A DNA stretch of 63,463 bases, counting the filler, from Octopus bimaculoides (lineage: Eukaryota), in NCBI RefSeq assembly GCF_001194135.2. It is 3 parts of 3 records of this genome, joined end to end, with 100 filler letters (N's around TTAATTAATTAA, not from the genome) between each part and the next. Parts side by side here need not be neighbours in the genome. Positions count along the whole stretch, not along the records: positions 31,678 to 57,797 come from NC_069001.1; positions 57,898 to 63,463 come from NC_069006.1; 1 more part is not named here. One strand, written 5' to 3'. A program made the position numbers and the translations under genes. Below are positions 48,214-61,885 of this stretch, piece by piece. The first letter of the stretch is position 1. Every line of letters starts with the position of its first letter. Under the pieces are notes generated by a model, which made no database searches, was not told where the DNA came from, and worked only from the letters and a program-made list of their open reading frames with translations.

Positions 48214-49534
48214 GTTTAGATATTACATTGGCAAAACTGGTAGAGCATTAGATAAAATGTCTTGTGGTATTTACTTTCAGTTGTTCCTGTTCTGAGTTCA
48301 AATCCTGGCAAGGTCAAAATTTGCCTTTTATCTTTCGGAGAGCAATACATAAAATATTCATCAAGCTCTGGGGTTTTGATTTAATTGACTGATTATTGCT
48401 GTCTAAATATAATTTTTGCTGATACAGACAACCAATGGTCGACTTTTGGAAATTTTTATTGTTTATTTTACGATATTTCATATCCGGCATTTTGCAGTAA
48501 TATAGCAAAATGAATCATTTAACATCACTGTAACCATCATCATCATCATCATCAATAAAATCACCTGTATCACTTCTGTCATCAACAGCATCACCACCAC
48601 CACCACCACCATCATCACCACAACCACCATTATCCCCACCAACAACACCATCAGCATTGTCACCATCATCATCATGACCACCAGCAGTATCAACATCATA
48701 CCAATTACCACCACCACCAGACCACCACCACCACCACCACCATCATGGTCTTGATATTCATAGTTATTTGGCAGGTATGCAAGTGTGTGTGTGTCTGGAG
48801 GGGGGGGGGTAGATTACAAGGAGGAGGATTGGAAGTGAAACGATTATCTTAGGTTCTTTCTTTCTTTCTTCTACTTTAAATTCAAAACGTGATATATAAC
48901 TGACACCAATATAAGGAAACTTTCTTAGAAAAATAGAAAACATCGGAATTTTAAGATAAGGAAACATGATACACGTAGCCATGTGTGTATGTATATACAC
49001 ACAGACAATGTGTGCTTCTCTTTTTTATTCTCTCTCTGTTTATTTTCTCGTGTTCCTTTCTGTTGAAGAGCATAGACTCGAAACATAAAAAACTTTCTCA
49101 CCTTCCCAAGCATCAAACTAATACACTTGCTTGTTGTTTATACACCTGTCTTCATCCTTTGTTTTTCTGTTAATTTCAACTATACATATGCATATATATC
49201 ACCTGACCTACCAGGCTATCAAACACTGTTATACATCGCTGGTCACAATACGCTTTTTGCATTGTTTTAGCCTTCAAGTGATGACACCCGACTGGCTGGG
49301 TGAGCAGGCCAGCTTTACCACTCTGATCGAAAGGGAGGACCAATACAACATGAAATGAAGTGTCTTGCTCAAGGATACAATGTGCCACCCTGTCAGAGAA
49401 TCAAACCCACAATCTAGAGATTGTGAGTGCAACAGCCTAACTACTAGGTCATGCACCATCATATATATATATATATATATATTCTACATACATATACTTG
49501 TAGATTTCTCTCTAACTGGCAATATCATAATTAT

Positions 49535-49850
49535 CATCATTATCGTTTAACGTCCGTTTTCCATGCTGGCATGGGTTGGACGGTTCGACTGGGGTCTGGG
49601 AAGCCAGGTGGCTGCACCAGGCCCCAATCTGATCTGGCAGAGTTTCTACNNNNNNNNNNAGGTGGCTGCACCAGGCCCCAATCTGATCTGGCAGAGTTTC
49701 TACAGCTGGATGCCCTTCCTAACGCCAACCACTCCGAGAGTGTAGTGGGTGCTTTTCACGTGCCACTGGCACAGGGGCCAGAGCAGGCTGGCAACGACCA
49801 CAATCAGTTGGGGCTTTTTACGTGCCACCAACAGGAGGATCACAACTACA
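49535..49850 (-). mobile_element. Retroposon family F (LINE-type 3' tail ending in (GAT)n); further copies at 42185-42262 (+), 62290-62550 (-) and 62790-63010 (-)
   Basis: catcatcgtttaacgtccgttttccatgctggcatgggttggacgg...ctggatgcccttcctaacgccaaccactccgagagtg is shared among the copies. Confidence 0.8.
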
Positions 49851-49867
49851 ATTTCCATTTGATTATA

Positions 49868-49914
<47 letters not shown>

Positions 49915-50490
49915 NNNNNNNNNNNNNNNNNNNNNNNNNNNNNNNNNNNNNNNNNNNNNNNNNNNNNNNNNNNNNNNNNNNNNNNNNNNNNNNNNNNNNN
50001 NNNNNNNNNNNNNNNNNNNNNNNNNNNNNNNNNNNNNNNNNNNNNNNNNNNNNNNNNNNNNNNNNNNNNNNNNNNNNNNNNNNNNNNNNNNNNNNNNNNN
50101 NNNNNNNNNNNNNNNNNNNNNNNNNNNNNNNNNNNNNNNNNNNNNNNNNNNNNNNNNNNNNNNNNNNNNNNNNNNNNNNNNNNNNNNNNNNNNNNNNNNN
50201 NNNNNNNNNNNNNNNNNNNNNNNNNNNNNNNNNNNNNNNNNNNNNNNNNNNNNNNNNNNNNNNNNNNNNNNNNNNNNNNNNNNNNNNNNNNNNNNNNNNN
50301 NNNNNNNNNNNNNNNNNNNNNNNNNNNNNNNNNNNNNNNNNNNNNNNNNNNNNNNNNNNNNNNNNNNNNNNNNNNNNNNNNNNNNNNNNNNNNNNNNNNN
50401 NNNNNNNNNNNNNNNNNNNNNNNNNNNNNNNNNNNNNNNNNNNNNNNNNNNNNNNNNNNNNNNNNNNNNNNNNNNNNNNNNNNNNNNNNN

Positions 50491-50547
<57 letters not shown>

Positions 50548-50554
50548 TATATAT

Positions 50555-50585
<31 letters not shown>

Positions 50586-50691
50586 CACACGCACATATGT
50601 TACATATGCGTAGAGCAACTTGTTAACAATCACATATATATATACACGCACACACATATATATGCATATACACATATACACATACACACAC

Positions 50692-50725
<34 letters not shown>

Positions 50726-51178
50726 GCACATATACATACACATATGTTTGTATACACACACATACATACAAAGAGAGAGAGAGGTGCGTATTGTGTATGT
50801 AAGTATAACTGTGTTTGAGTAGTCTGTATCAGATACACTTTATCACACTACAATGAGATATCATCTATGTTTTTCTTTTTTATCATTCTATGCTCGGTGG
50901 ACATGTCTTGAAATCGTTTCCAATTTCCTGATTCTTGCCTATGTTCTTTGTTATTTTACATGGAGAAAAAGAGACAAAGAATGGTTTTACTGCAGTTTTC
51001 CTCGTTTTTGTTTAAGTCTTGTTTTTTTTTATTGAAGGGGGAAGGGGAGGAGTGATACTGCTCCCATCTTGCTTCTTTCTTTCTTTCACTTCTTAAAAGA
51101 CAGATAGAACTGTTGTTGGTAACATTTGTGTGTGTATGCTTGTGTCTGTGTGCGTGAGAGAAACAAACAGAGAGATCA

Positions 51179-51217
<39 letters not shown>

Positions 51218-51288
51218 CATGCTAAATATGTACACACATACATGTATATCTATCTCTCTGTATATATATTCATATGTGTGTGTGATTG

Positions 51289-51331
<43 letters not shown>

Positions 51332-52070
51332 TTGTCCCCCCAACATCACTTGACAACCTATGCTGGTGCGTTTACATCCCCATAACTTAGCAGTTCGGCA
51401 AAAGAGATGATAGAATAAGTACGAGGCATACAAAGAATAAGTCCTGGGGTCGACTTGGTCAAGTAAAGGCGATGTTCCAGCATGGCCACAGTCAAATGAC
51501 TGAACAAATAAAAGAATAAAAGCATATATATANNNNNNNNNNNNNNNNNNNNNNNNNNNNNNNNNNNNNNNNNNNNNNNNNNNNNNNNNNNNNNNNNNNN
51601 NNNNNNNNNNNNNNNNNNNNNNNNNNNNNNNNNNNNNNNNNNNNNNNNNNNNNNNNNNNNNNNNNNNNNNNNNNNNNNNNNNNNNNNNNNNNNNNNNNNN
51701 NNNNNNNNNNNNNNNNNNNNNNNNNNNNNNNNNNNNNNNNNNNNNNNNNNNNNNNNNNNNNNNNNNNNNNNNNNNNNNNNNNNNNNNNNNNNNNNNNNNN
51801 NNNNNNNNNNNNNNNNNNNNNNNNNNNNNNNNNNNNNNNNNNNNNNNNNNNNNNNNNNNNNNNNNNNNNNNNNNNNNNNNNNNNNATATATATAAATATT
51901 CCTTTTGAGAGGAATCTATATCCTCACAATAATATATATATATATATATATAAATGTGTGCACAAGTGTTTATATCTATATGTGTGAAGATATGTATATA
52001 CATATATATATATATATAAAGACATATATAGGCAAAAATGAAACAAAAATTCTAGAAATAGCAACAAGAA

Positions 52071-52103
<33 letters not shown>

Positions 52104-52428
52104 GAAAAAACAATCTGCAATAATGAATACATGTAACAAGAACAACAAACAACAACAAGACAAACTTACGTTAAGAGCCAATCAAGATTGGCAACTCTAT
52201 GAATAGAATAGATAAGATCGAGGTAGCAAGACATGTTGTTAGGAGACTGGCATTGGTAAAATGAGAGAAAGGAACTGAAGACTTTGGCGTGTCGTACTTG
52301 GGTTTGCAAGGCCACAGGAGGAGTGAGGAGGGCAAAAGGAGGGGAAATTAATTCAATGATTAATAATAATAACAACGATGATGATGGTGGTGTTGGTGGT
52401 GGTGATGGTAATAATAATAATAATAATG

Positions 52429-52459
<31 letters not shown>

Positions 52460-52781
52460 AGATGATAGTAATTGGCCACTTATAAACCCTTCGCTACCAC
52501 CACCCCCACCACAACTGGTGCCATGCGATGCGCACCCCTATGAGAAGCCAATTATGACGAAGTGATGTTTAAGATTAGTGTGGATGTAAGCTGCTTCAGG
52601 TACTTTACTGTGGGTTAATTAGTATGTGTACGTATGTGTGTATGTGTGTGTGTGTGTGTGTGTATGAGAGAGAGAGAAAGTGAGAGAGAGCAGGAGAGAG
52701 GGAGGGGAAGAGAGAAAGGGAGGGGGTGTAAGAGTGCATGCTATAAAGTAGGCAAGAGTATATGCTTAGTCATTTATTTAA

Positions 52782-52829
<48 letters not shown>

Positions 52830-52865
52830 TAATAATAATAATAATAATAATAATGATGATAATAA

Positions 52866-53072
52866 TCTTTTCTACTGGAAGCGCAAGGCTTCAAATTTGG
52901 GGGAAGGGATTAAGTCGATTACATCGACCCCAGTGCATAACTGGTACTTACTTAATCGACCCCGAAAGGATGAAAGTGGACCCTGGCAGAATTTGAACTC
53001 AGAATGTACAGACAGACTAAATGCTCGTTAAGCATTTTACCTGGTGTGTTAATAATTCTGACAGCTCACCGT
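52866..53072 (-). mobile_element. SINE family C flanked by (AAT)n
   Basis: Family C body, with (AAT)n at 52783-52865 and 53077-53090. Confidence 0.9.
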
Positions 53073-53251
53073 TTTTAATAATAATAATAATTTTTTTTTT
53101 CTTTATATAACTCTATTTCATTTTGCAAAACATCTGGTGTGTTTATTTTAGTAGCTTATCAATGTATACAGCAAGTTTCTTTGCCCTAAGCATCAGGGAA
53201 ACACTCAACAAGAATGGAAACAACATTGAAGAAAAACAAATAATAAGGATG

Positions 53252-53294
<43 letters not shown>

Positions 53295-54315
53295 TAATAA
53301 TAATATTTGAAGTAGGAATATGCAAAGAGTGGATGTGATACCAATAGTAATTGACACGCTTGAAAGCATCAGCACTCAACTACCAACATGGCTCAAAAAT
53401 ATTGCTACAAATGCTAAGATGGAACACCAATAAAAAATCACCAATGCTTGAACTGCGAGAGTTTTTCACAGGGTTCTTGAAGCACGACCGGTAAACTAGT
53501 GGCGCCTTAGTCTGTTGACCCTGACAGAATTTGAACTGAGAACGTAGTGATGAGCAAACGATCCAGCGTGCTAACGATCCAGCCAGCTCGCCACTTTAAC
53601 AACAGCTATAGTAATTCTTTCTAATTTTGACATAATGCTAGAAATTTTGAGGGGAGGGGATAATTCAATTATATTGGTCCCAATACTCAACTGGTACTTA
53701 TTTTGCCAACCCTCAAAGGATGAAAGGCAAAGTTCACCTCAGAAAAGTTTGAACTTACACACACACATACACACACGTGACAGGCTTCTTTCAGTTTCCA
53801 TCTATTAAATCTATTCACAAGGATCTAGTCAGCCTGAGACTATAGCAGAACACATTTGTCCAATGAGCCACACGGTGAAACTGAACCCAAATCACCTGGT
53901 TGGAAATCAAACTTTTTAACCACACTGCCATGTTTCACAGATACCAAAATTCTCTACTGATTTGTAAACACCTCACCCAACCCCAACCCCTAAAAAACAT
54001 CAAAAATAATCCCAGCGCAGCAATGTCTAAAGTAGGAATGCAGAACAGCAGTAAAAATCAATCATGTGAGTATTTATTGATAGAAATTGGTCTATTAGAG
54101 ATCAATAGATCTATAAAGAATCAATATTTTCTATATTGCAGATATAAACAAGAGTTTGTATCTGAAATCATTACAACAACACATTCAAAAGTTTCTGCAT
54201 GCAAAAATATTCATTTAAACATCCCCAAATACACACAATTGGTTTGTATCAAATATCAATCAGAAATCTGGTTAATATTTGATACATACATATATATGAG
54301 AGAGAGAGAGAGAGA

Positions 54316-54478
54316 GGCACAGGAGTGGCAGTGTGGTAAGAAGCTTGCTTACCACCCACATGGTTCCGGGTTCAGTCCCACTGCGTGACACCTTGGGCAA
54401 ATGTATTCTATTATAGCCTCGGGCTGACCAAAGCCTTGTGAGTGGATTTGGTAGACGGTAATTGAAAAAAGCCTGTGA
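54316..54478 (+). mobile_element. SINE family A, 5' half
   Basis: ggcacaggagtggcagtgtggtaagaagcttgc...ggttccgggttcagtcccactgcg...gtggatttggtagacgg. Confidence 0.85.
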
Positions 54479-54480
54479 TC

Positions 54481-55163
54481 CTTTCTGCTATAGGCACAAG
54501 ATCAGAAATTTTGGAGGAGTGGGGCTAATCAATTCCATCAACCCCTATGCATAACTGGTACTTATTTCACTGACCCTGAAAGGATGAAAGGCAAAGTCAA
54601 CCTCAGTAAGGTTTGAACCGAGAACATAAAGACAAGATGAAATACCACTAAGCATTTTGCCTGGCGTGCTAACGATTCTGCCAGCTCACCTTAATAATAA
54701 TAATAATCTTTTCTACTATAGGCACAAGGCCTGAAATTTGGAGAGAAGGGACTAGTTGATTACATTGACCCCAGTGTTCCACTGGTACTTAATTAATTGA
54801 CCCCCAAAAGGATAAAAGGCAAAGTTGACCTCTGTAAGATTTGAACTGAGAACATAAAGACGGATGAAATATCACTAAGTATTTTGCCTGGCGTGCTAAT
54901 GATTCTGCCACCTTGCTGCCTTTGTAATAATGATAATAATGATAATAATGATTTCAAATTTTAGCACAAGGCCAGCAATTTCGTGGGAGGGGACGAGTAG
55001 ATTACATCATCCCCCAGTGCTCGACTGGTATTTATTTTATCGACCCCGAAAAGATGAAAGGCAAAGTCAACCTCGCCAGAATTTGAACTCAGAACATGAA
55101 GACGGATGAAATGCCGCTATGCATTTCGCCTGGCATGTTAACGATTCTGCCAGCTCACCAACT
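54481..55163 (-). mobile_element. Head-to-tail trimer of SINE family C (54481-54690, 54708-54922, ~54950-55163)
   Basis: Three complete, mutually diverged copies separated by short (AAT)n linkers and followed by (GTA)n. Confidence 0.9.
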
Positions 55164-55165
55164 TT

Positions 55166-55207
<42 letters not shown>

Positions 55208-55643
55208 ATACTAATAAAGTGCCAAATAATGTATCAAAAAGAGGTGTTAAACCCACACAAAAATAGAAGCATTGCCATTATTATAACGATGACGGTGATG
55301 ATTTATTTCCAGATGAGTCAGCGTAATTAGATGACAAAATATAAATAAAATATAAACTTCCAGAATGTTCCAATATTAATATGTCCAATACCCACCACCA
55401 CCACACATGCCCACCCACACACCTCGATTATTCTAATTCTTCTAGATGAGATCTTTGTTTCCAATATGATATTAAAAATATTACTAATTAGCATTTAATA
55501 TTTAAGATAACAGTCCTACCTCTTTTTTCTGTCTTTTACTTTTGTTATCTTATCTCTTGATTAAACGACGATAAATAGTATCTTTACTCATCAGTAAATT
55601 AGTAAACAGCCTTATTCTCAAAAGACGAGATATTTACAAAAAC

Positions 55644-55683
<40 letters not shown>

Positions 55684-56178
55684 ACACACACATACGCATA
55701 CACACACATATATATATATACAAGCGCACACATACATGAAGCAAAATAATGAAAGAAACAACAGCACTTCTCTGCCATTAAAATATTTTGGTAACCTTCC
55801 TTCTAACCATTATTTAACCATTGGTAACCATGGGAACCGTATTGCTGTTTATTAAGTTAATATTGCACTTGCTCTCTGATAATCAAGGTTATCATCAGGA
55901 ACTTATTTCAAAATGCTGACGGTGGTGATGACGATGGTGATGATGACAATGGTGATGATGACAATGGTGGTGGTGGGGGTGGTGCCACCATCACTGCCAC
56001 CCTTTCCTACGTATTGTATTTTTAATCCATTTAGATTGAAAATAATATTTTATTCACTGTTGCCACTGAATAGATTTGAAAATGAATGGGGGAGCATGGG
56101 GAGGGAGAGGGGGTTCCCTGTGTGCATGTGCATATCTGCATTTCAGTGCATATATGTATGTATATTTCTGCATGCACA

Positions 56179-56250
<72 letters not shown>

Positions 56251-56496
56251 CATATATATGTATGTATATGGATGTATTTGTTATGCGTAATATCACGTGA
56301 AAGCTAATATATTAAATGTCAAGATACACTTTCTAAAAGTTATCTGCAAGAGTTTGACCCTTAACTATTGGAGGTCAACAGAAACCAATGAGTATATTTC
56401 TAACCTTTGACCGTATAGTATTAACTCTAAATTAAATTTTTCTTCTAAGCTGTCCCTTTTGGATTAAAAAAAAATAAATAAATAAATAAATAAATA

Positions 56497-57220
56497 GGCG
56501 CAGGCGTGGCTGTGTGGTAAGAAGGTTGCTTCCCAACCACATGGTTTCGAGTTCAGTCCCACTGTGCGGTACCTTGCACAAGTGTCTTTTACTAGAGCCT
56601 CGAACTGACCAAGCCTTGTGAGTGGATTTGGTAGATGAAAACTGGAAAAAGCCCATTGCATNNNNNNNNNNNNNNNNNNNNNNNNNNNNNNNNNNNNNNN
56701 NNNNNNNNNNNNNNNNNNNNNNNNNNNNNNNNNNNNNNNNNNNNNNNNNNNNNNNNNNNNNNNNNNNNNNNNNNNNNNNNNNNNNNNNNNNNNNNNNNNN
56801 NNNNNNNNNNNNNNNNNNNNNNNNNNNNNNNNNNNNNNNNNNNNNNNNNNNNNNNNNNNNNNNNNNNNNNNNNNNNNNNNNNNNNNNNNNNNNNNNNNNN
56901 NNNNNNNNNNNNNNNNNNNNNNNNNNNNNNNNNNNNNNNNNNNNNNNNNNNNNNNNNNNNNNNNNNNNNNNNNNNNNNNNNNNNNNNNNNNNNNNNNNNN
57001 NNNNNNNNNNNNNNNNNNNNNACAGAAACAGGAAGTAAGAGTGAGAGAAAGTTGTGGTGGAAGAGTACAGCAGGGTTCGCCACCCTCCCCTGCCGGAACC
57101 TAGTGGAGCTTTAGGTGTTTTCGCTCAATAAACACTCACAACGCCCGATCTGGGAATCGAAACCGCGATCTTATGACCGCGAGTTCGCTGCCCTAACCAC
57201 TGGGTCATTGTGCCTCCACA
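56497..57220. mobile_element. SINE A 5' half (+, 56497-56661) and SINE D (-, 57022-57220) on either side of a gap
   Basis: ggcgcaggcgtggctgtgtggtaag... before the gap; acagaaacaggaag...gggaatcgaaaccgcgatc...ccctaaccactggg after it. Confidence 0.85.
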
Positions 57221-58317
57221 AGTGTTCCAGTATGGCTATAGTCAAATGATTGAAACAACTGAATTTCAGACTACAGGATTACAAAATGAGCTTCTTTAAC
57301 CACCTAGTCATGCTAGATTTTGAAAGACATTTTTGTCTGGTGCTTCTACAACGTCTCTCTTTTCCTCCACTCTCTCTCCCCCATCACAGAGCCATTAATT
57401 ACAAGCTAAAATGATTGGAAGAGATTTAATTAATGCTGTTAATGAACTGCTAAATCAAAGCTTTCAAAAACAAGACATGTGACCTAGTTTCATTGTAAAT
57501 TCCAACGAATTCCATTCCGTTTCTCTCTTCCTGCCCACGTTAATGTCTCTTCTATGTCTGAAATATATTCTATCAATCTCAGAAGAAAAGACAAAATCGA
57601 TTCCAGTAGGATTAGAACTTCCATCCATCAAATCAATGTAGCCTGAACAGGTGCATGGTGTACCATGCATCAAGTGTCAAAGTGATTGGAGAGGAACACG
57701 AGATGAAGTATTTTGCTCAAGAACACAACACACCACCTGGCCTAGGAACTGAAACCACCATCTCGTGACGTGTGTATGTATGTATGTGTATATATATNNN
57801 NNNNNNNNNNNNNNNNNNNNNNNNNNNNNNNNNNNNNNNNNTTAATTAATTAANNNNNNNNNNNNNNNNNNNNNNNNNNNNNNNNNNNNNNNNNNNNCCA
57901 CAAAAACAATTTAATTTGTGTTCGTGGGAAGAACCATTTTAACGATGCGTATTGCCTTAATTCTTCGAAACGCCAGAGTTTTAATGGTGGCAGCTGATGA
58001 AGGGGATGTTTCTATGTGGCCTGCTTGTTTGTTGCACCTTGTTTACCATTTTTGTCCTTGTTCTTTTGCCACGTCATGTACCCAGTTATGTATCTATATG
58101 TACATGTGGATGAATGTATATACATACATGTACATATACATGCATATACTCATATATTGTTTATATATATATATATATATAAAGCATGTAAAAAACACCA
58201 GCCAAACATGGCTTTGGTTGGTCTGAGGCTATAGCAGATGACACTTACCCAAGGTGCCACGTGGAACCTTGGGTAAGTGTCATTTACTATAGCCTCCCAT
58301 ATATATATAGATATATA

Positions 58318-58560
58318 CAGGGTTGGCCAAAAGTCACCCAACAGTAAATCAAAATTACATAAATACTTAAATACTCTCTGTTAATTCTGTATTGACTCAA
58401 ATGGCAAAAATGTGTCGCTCAAGAAGGAGGTCAGTTTGAACAATTTTTATGATGTTTCATATTTAGATGCTTTTATTAAATTCATTCAGTCGTTAAGCAT
58501 AAATAAATCTTGGAATTAAATGGTTTTGATTTACTGTCAGGCGACTTTTGGCCAACCCTA
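58318..58560. mobile_element. Tc1/mariner-derived MITE (243 bp) retaining the transposase C-terminus
   Basis: TA|cagggttggccaaaagtcacccaacagtaaatcaaaa vs ttttgatttactgtcaggcgacttttggccaacccta|TA (37 bp, 4 mismatches). The internal KWQKCVAQEGGQFEQFL* resembles the mariner GGHFE.LL* end. Confidence 0.85.
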
Positions 58561-59973
58561 TACACACACACATACACATAAGAGTACATACATGCATACA
58601 TAGTTGATAACTTTTGAATTATGAAATAATGTATTTCACTCATAATTATTATATTATTCATTAAATTCAATTGTGTTTTGTTTTGGAGAGAATTGAATAT
58701 AAAGCTTTCACTTTCTGTTATTATATTAATAACTATGGAAGAATGGTGGGATCATTATTTGTATGGACTTAAAGATTGATCACTATTTAGTATATAATTT
58801 AGTTATTGTAGCTTTACTAGTAATACCGATACAGATGTATAAAGATTTATGTGTTTCATGTAGTTTAATTTTAAAGTTAGTGTTTAATCCTGCCTATATT
58901 TAGATTGAATGAATGTGTTATTAAGCTTTCACTTTTATATTATACTATGAAAGACTGTAAGGAATAAAATGTCTGACTTAAAGGTTTGGTTGCTGTTTAG
59001 TTACATATTTAAGAGTTGGTTATAAATTTACTTATTGAATTTATTTACTGATATGGTTGTGCATTGGGTAAATGTGTTGCGGTTTCTTTGGTATGTTTGT
59101 TCTCAAACAACACTTATTTTAGTGCTGTTGACACTGCCGGATTGAATGGTGTCAATCCCAGATGTCAAAACCATAATGATATCCGAGGGGCAGCTGATGA
59201 TAGAGGTATGTTGGATTGTTGGTATGCCTGTTTTTGTATATATGGAATAGTATGATCACACATCTTNNNNNNNNNNNNNNNNNNNNNNNNNNNNNNNNNN
59301 NNNNNNNNNNNNNNNNNNNNNNNNNNNNNNNNNNNNNNNNNNNNNNNNNNNNNNNNNNNNNNNNNNNNNNNNNNNNNNNNNNNNNNNNNNNNNNNNNNNN
59401 NNNNNNNNNNNNNNNNNNNNNNNNNNNNNNNNNNNNNNNNNNNNNNNNNNNNNNNNNNNNNNNNNNNNNNNNNNNNNNNNNNNNNNNNNNNNNNNNNNNN
59501 NNNNNNNNNNNNNNNNNNNNNNNNNNNNNNNNNNNNNNNNNNNNNNNNNNNNNNNNNNNNNNNNNNNNNNNNNNNNNNNNNNNNNNNNNNNNNNNNNNNN
59601 NNNNNNNNNNNNNNNNNNNNNNNNNNNNNNNNNNNNNNNNNNNNNNNNNNNNNNNNNNNNNNNNNNNNNNNNNNNNNNNNNNNNNNNNNNNNNNNNNNNN
59701 NNNNNNNNNNNNNNNNNNNNNNNNNNNNNNNNNNNNNTATCTTGACCATACGTGTACTGATGAACAAAAGAATACAGGTTACTTCAGTTTTTTCTGTATT
59801 TGATTGAGAAACCAGTGGTCTACCGTTGAGTTAAATGTTTTTAAGAGATAAATTTTGAAAGCTGCATTCCCTCACTTTCGGTAAATATGTTGCTTGTTTT
59901 TGGTAGTTTTTTTACTTATTTAGTCCCTCGAAGCGTGTGGCATTAATACACAGTTAATGCCCTTTATATATAA

Positions 59974-60010
<37 letters not shown>

Positions 60011-60417
60011 ATATTTTATCTTTTACTTCTTCCAGTCATTGACCTGTGGCCATGCTGGGGCAAATTGATCCCATGACTTAGACTTTATTTTTAGGCCTAG
60101 TACTCATCCCATCAATCTTTTGTTTGCCACAACAATGTAAACAAACCAACCCCCAACTGTCATGTGGTAACTGGAAGACAAACAAGCAAACAAACAAACA
60201 CACACGTACAAACATGTATCTGTTATATAAGTCCGAGACACACCTAGTGGTGTTTATTCATTGTTCTCAACATATTGGGTTCCAAATGACTTCAGCTTTT
60301 ACAAAGAGACATATCAAATAACTAAATTACGCAGCAGGTGATACATATATGAATAAAGAGAGAAAGAGAGAGGGAGGACGTTCACCATATAGACATTGTC
60401 ATATATGTATGTATATA

Positions 60418-60487
<70 letters not shown>

Positions 60488-60574
60488 AACTCACACATGC
60501 ACATATAAATACGTACTCAAGCTGGGTGAATCACTCTTTCAAGGACACTGCCTTCGGGAGCCCTAAATTTCTTC

Positions 60575-60880
60575 TTTTATTTGTTTATGTCATTTGACTA
60601 CGGCCATGCTGGAGCACCACCTTTAGTCAAACAAAGCTTCCCCGGGACTTATTCTTTGTAAGCCTAGTACTTATTCTGTCAGACTCCTTTGCCAAACCAC
60701 TAAGTTACGGAGACGTAAACACACAAGCATCGGTTGTCAAGCGAGTGGGGGCCAAAAACACACACACGATGGGCTTCTTTCAGTTTCTGTCTACCAGATC
60801 CACTCAAGGCTTTGTTTGGCCTAAGACCATAGTAGAAGATACTTGCCTTGGGAATCAAGCTTCTTCCCACACAGCCATGC
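60575..60880 (-). mobile_element. SINE family A with deletions
   Basis: gtcatttgactacggccatgctggagcaccacc...gatgggcttctttcagtttctgtctacc...cccacacagccatgc. Confidence 0.85.
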
Positions 60881-60914
60881 TTTTTTTCTTGCTACTTTAC
60901 TTCTCAGATAAATA

Positions 60915-61885
60915 ATGTCAGACATCAGGTTCGTTCAACAAATCAAAAGGCACGCTATATTCATTGCCCTGAAAAGCACAGCATAGTGATACGGAGATAG
61001 CTCGCTTCCTGAGAGTTGCTTGATCCTTTCTTGAAAGGAGCCAAAAGCTGCTGATAGGGATCTAGCAACAGCAGCGAAATGCAAAACTCATGCACAGGGT
61101 ACTAATACCATCAGAACATATAACTTTGTCCAAAATCCTTGGGGAATCAATCAGAGCCATTGTGAAGGACCTGAAGGCATGGGAGTGGCTGCGTGGTAAG
61201 TAGCTTGCTTACCAACCACATGGTTCCGGGTTCAGTCCCACTGCGTGGCACCTTGGGCAATTGTCTTCTACTATAGCCTTGGGCCGACCAAAGCCTTGTG
61301 AGTGGATTTGGTAGAAGGAAACTGAAAGAAGCCCGTCGTATATATGTATATATATATATGTATGTGTGTGTATATGTTTGTGTGTCTGTGTTTGTCCCCC
61401 TACATCACTTGACAACCGATGTTGGTGCATTTATGTCCCTGTAACTTAGCAGTTCGGAAAAAGAGACCGATAGAATAAGTACTAGGCTTACAAAGAATAA
61501 GTCCTGCGGTCGATTTGCTTGACTAAAGGCGGTGCTCCAGCATGGCCACAGTCAAATGACTGAAAGAAGTAAAAGAGTAAGGTTTCAGAACGCATCCTTA
61601 TGAAGGGTTGTGTATGAAGACATCTGGTACAAGTTGTATGTAATGTGGAGGGGTTAGCTTATATTGGATGTGACAAGAGAAAATCGTTTGATCCATGCAA
61701 AGCACTTTCTAAACAATTTAAAACACCAAGTGGCTGGAATTCTTGGGTTTTCTTCCAATGAGAAAGACTTCAATCAGGACCCAAAGGTAAACCTAACGAA
61801 TGACAGATGGTTATGCAGAGGTCCAAATGAGGTTCCAACAGCCATCTGTTCCCAGCAGCTGTGATGGTTCTGGGAGTCATCTTCT
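60915..61885 (+). mobile_element. Decayed mariner-like (DD37D/maT-type) transposase 5' portion, split by a SINE A insertion
   Basis: MSDIRFVQQIKRHAIFIALK / HSDTEIARFLRVA / SIRAIVKDLK, then the SINE, then VSER / VYEDIWYKLYVM / TRENRLIHAKHFLNNLKH..GFSSNEKDFNQDPKVNLTNDRWLC / VMVLGVI (FSDEK.F.QD..VN..NDRWL motif). Confidence 0.85.
61178..61578 (+). mobile_element. SINE family A, full-length reference copy
   Basis: tRNA-like head (gtggctgcgtggtaag A box; ggttcagtccc B box), body ggcaccttgggcaa, internal (TA/TG)n, tail ggcggtgctccagcatggccacagtcaaatgactgaa. Apparent aagg TSD (61174-61177 / 61579-61582). Confidence 0.9.

Noticed and set aside
49605-49705. 45-bp direct duplication inside retroposon F
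   Set aside because: It flanks a 10-N gap exactly; assembly overlap artefact.
53900-54388. 162-aa plus-strand ORF
   Set aside because: It starts inside one SINE and ends inside another, and the middle is AT-rich with no recognisable domain. Only the 53941-54065 sub-segment is retained as a weak exon candidate.
57960-58015. cttcGAAACgcc...cagCTGATGAagggg, a permuted (type II-like) hammerhead arrangement
   Set aside because: U16.1 is absent and stem I cannot pair; core words alone are insufficient.
58690-58995. Degenerate ~215-bp tandem similarity (aagctttcacttt...actatg.aaga..gacttaaag)
   Set aside because: Old, AT-rich and low identity; no identifiable element or function.
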